Below are positions 62,292-64,000 of a DNA stretch of 64,000 nt, piece after piece. The translations under genes and the position numbers were made by a program. The stretch spans positions 248,372,001 to 248,436,000 of the forward strand of contig NC_067403.1 of NCBI RefSeq assembly GCF_016432865.1. Reading direction: 5' to 3'. The notes under the pieces are model-generated. The model was given only the letters and a program-made list of their open reading frames with translations. It did not search any database and was not told the DNA's origin. This stretch comes from Antechinus flavipes (taxonomy: Eukaryota). How positions within the stretch are numbered: position 1 is the first letter of the stretch; each line of letters starts with the position of its first letter.

Positions 62292-64000
62292 TTTTTTTTT
62301 TGTTTTTTTTGTTTTAAATTTTTTATTTAATAATTACATTATATTGACACTCATTTCTGTTCCGATTTTTTTTTCCCCTCCCTCCCTCCACCCCCTCCCC
62401 TAGATGGCAAGCAGTCCTTTATATGTTGGATATGTTGCAGTATATCCTAGATACAATATATGTTTGCAGAACCGAACAGTTCTCTTGTTGCGTAGGGAGA
62501 ATTGGATTCAGAAGGTATAAATAATCCGGGAAGAAAAACAAAAATGCAGATAGTTCACATTCGTTTCCCAGTGTTCTTTCTTTGGGTGTAGCTGCTTTTG
62601 TCCGTCATTTATCAAATGAAACTCAGGTCTCTTTGTCAAAGAAATCCACTTCCATCAAAATATGTCCTCATACAATATCGTTGTCGAAGTATATAATGAT
62701 CTCCTGGTTCTGCTCATTTCACTTAGCATCAGTTCATGTAGGTCTCTCCAAGCCTCTCTGTATTCATCCTGCTGGTCATTTCTTACAGAACAATAATATT
62801 CCATAACATTCATATACCACAATTTACCCAGCCATTCTCCAATTGATGGGCATCCATTCATTTTCCAGTTTCTAGCCACTACAAACAGGGCTGCCACAAA
62901 CATTTTGGCACATACAGGTCCCTTTCCCTTCTTTAGTATTTCTTTGGGATATAAGCCCAATAGAAACACTGCTGGATCAAAGGATATGCACATTTTGATA
63001 ATTTTTTGGGCATAATTCCAGATTGCTCTCCAGAATGGTTGGATTCGTTCACAACTCCACCAACAATGTATTAGTGTCCCAGTTTTCCCGCATCCCCTCC
63101 AACATTCATCATTATTTTTTCCTGTCATCTTAGCCAATCTGACAGGTGTGTAGTGGTATCTCAGAGTTGTCTTAATTTGCATTTCTCTGATCAATAATGA
63201 TTTGGAACACTCTTTCATATGAGTGGTAATAGTTTCAATCTCATCCTCTGAAAATTGTCTGTTCATATCCTTTGACCATTTATCAATTGGAGAATGGCTT
63301 GATTTCTTATAAATTTGAGTCAGTTCTCTATATATTTTGGAAATGAGGCCTTTATCAGAACCTTTAACTGTGAAAATGTTTTCCCAGTTTGTTGCTTCCC
63401 TTCTAATCTTGTTTGCATTAGTTTTATTTGTACAAAGGCTTTTTAAATTGATGTAATCGAAATTTTCTATTCTGTGATCAGTAATGGTCTCTAGTTCATC
63501 TTTGGTCACAAATTTCTTTCTCCTCCACAAGTCTGAGAGATAAACTATTCTATGTTCCTCTAATTTATTTATAATCTCGTTCTTTATGCCTAGGTCATAG
63601 ACCCATTTTGATCTTATCTTGGTATATGGTGTTAAGTGTGGGTCCATGCCTAATTTCTGCCATACTAATTTCCAATTATCCCAGCAGTTTTTATCAAATA
63701 ATGAATTCTTTTCCCAGAAGTTAGGGGCTTTGGGTTTGTCAAACACTAGATTGCTATAATTGACTATTCTGTCTTGTGAGCCTAGCCTTTTCCACTGATC
63801 CACTAATCTATTTCTTAGCCAATACCAAATGGTTTTGGTGACTGCTGCTTTATAATATAATTTTAGATCAGGTACAGCTAGGCCACCTTCATTTGATTTT
63901 TTTTTCATTAGTTCCCTTGAGATTCTCGACTTTTTATTGTTCCATATGAATTTTGTTGTTATTTTTTCTAGATCAATAAAATATTTTCTTGGAAGTCTGA
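62292..64000 (-). mobile_element. Young L1, 3' portion (continues beyond the window)
   Basis: Poly(A) tail (T-run at 62292), AATAAA ~62322-62327, 3'UTR retaining CpGs, uninterrupted ORF2 frame to the window edge. Confidence 0.97.
62655..64000 (-). CDS. L1 ORF2 C-terminal region (partial; open to the window edge)
   Basis: GGLAVPDLKLYYKAAVTKTIWYW, CCHC-type CWRGCGKTGTLIHCWWSC, WLGKLWYMNVMEYY; frame also open upstream of the listed Met (RLPRKYFIDLEKITTKFIWN). Confidence 0.93.
   Translation of the reverse strand, partial: RLPRKYFIDLEKITTKFIWNNKKSRISRELMKKKSNEGGLAVPDLKLYYKAAVTKTIWYWLRNRLVDQWKRLGSQDRIVNYSNLVFDKPKAPNFWEKNSLFDKNCWDNWKLVWQKLGMDPHLTPYTKIRSKWVYDLGIKNEIINKLEEHRIVYLSDLWRRKKFVTKDELETITDHRIENFDYINLKSLCTNKTNANKIRREATNWENIFTVKGSDKGLISKIYRELTQIYKKSSHSPIDKWSKDMNRQFSEDEIETITTHMKECSKSLLIREMQIKTTLRYHYTPVRLAKMTGKNNDECWRGCGKTGTLIHCWWSCERIQPFWRAIWNYAQKIIKMCISFDPAVFLLGLYPKEILKKGKGPVCAKMFVAALFVVARNWKMNGCPSIGEWLGKLWYMNVMEYYCSVRNDQQDEYREAWRDLHELMLSEMSRTRRSLYTSTTILYEDIF

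Noticed and set aside
61922-62403. 109 aa and 71 aa plus-strand ORFs
   Set aside because: Antisense to the predicted OR-5 5'UTR/intron, partly in a SINE and the L1 tail; not open in paralogous units.
63906-63908. Met at 63908 as start of a 417 aa gene
   Set aside because: Internal Met of L1 ORF2; the frame is open to the window edge.

Overview
AT-rich mammalian genomic DNA, very probably marsupial and likely dasyurid (inferred from L1 3'UTR/inter-ORF style and MAR1-type SINEs). The window is a tandem array of duplicated units, each built around a minus-strand class II olfactory receptor of the OR5B subfamily: five intact genes (3754-4674, 11985-12902, 28954-29910, 40315-41271, 56546-57502), one decayed pseudogene (51695-52765) and a ~190 bp OR 3' fragment (2989-3175). 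Comparing the paralogous units reveals a conserved non-coding architecture: a candidate promoter (homeodomain site plus paired O/E-like sites), two conserved splice donors and two conserved acceptors. Mobile elements include a 4.66 kb internally deleted betaretrovirus-like provirus with a gamma-type env remnant (18992-23654; Lys1,2 PBS, PPT, 6 bp TSD), two solo LTRs with perfect 6 bp TSDs, an orphan ERV 3' end, several L1s (one young copy inserted a few nt from the putative exon-1 donor of the last OR), MER63-like hAT MITEs, CR1/L3 and SINEs. No rRNA, tRNA gene or CRISPR array was seen. All alignments were done by eye and repeat-family names come from memory of consensus sequences, so approximate boundaries and names need RepeatMasker/Dfam confirmation.
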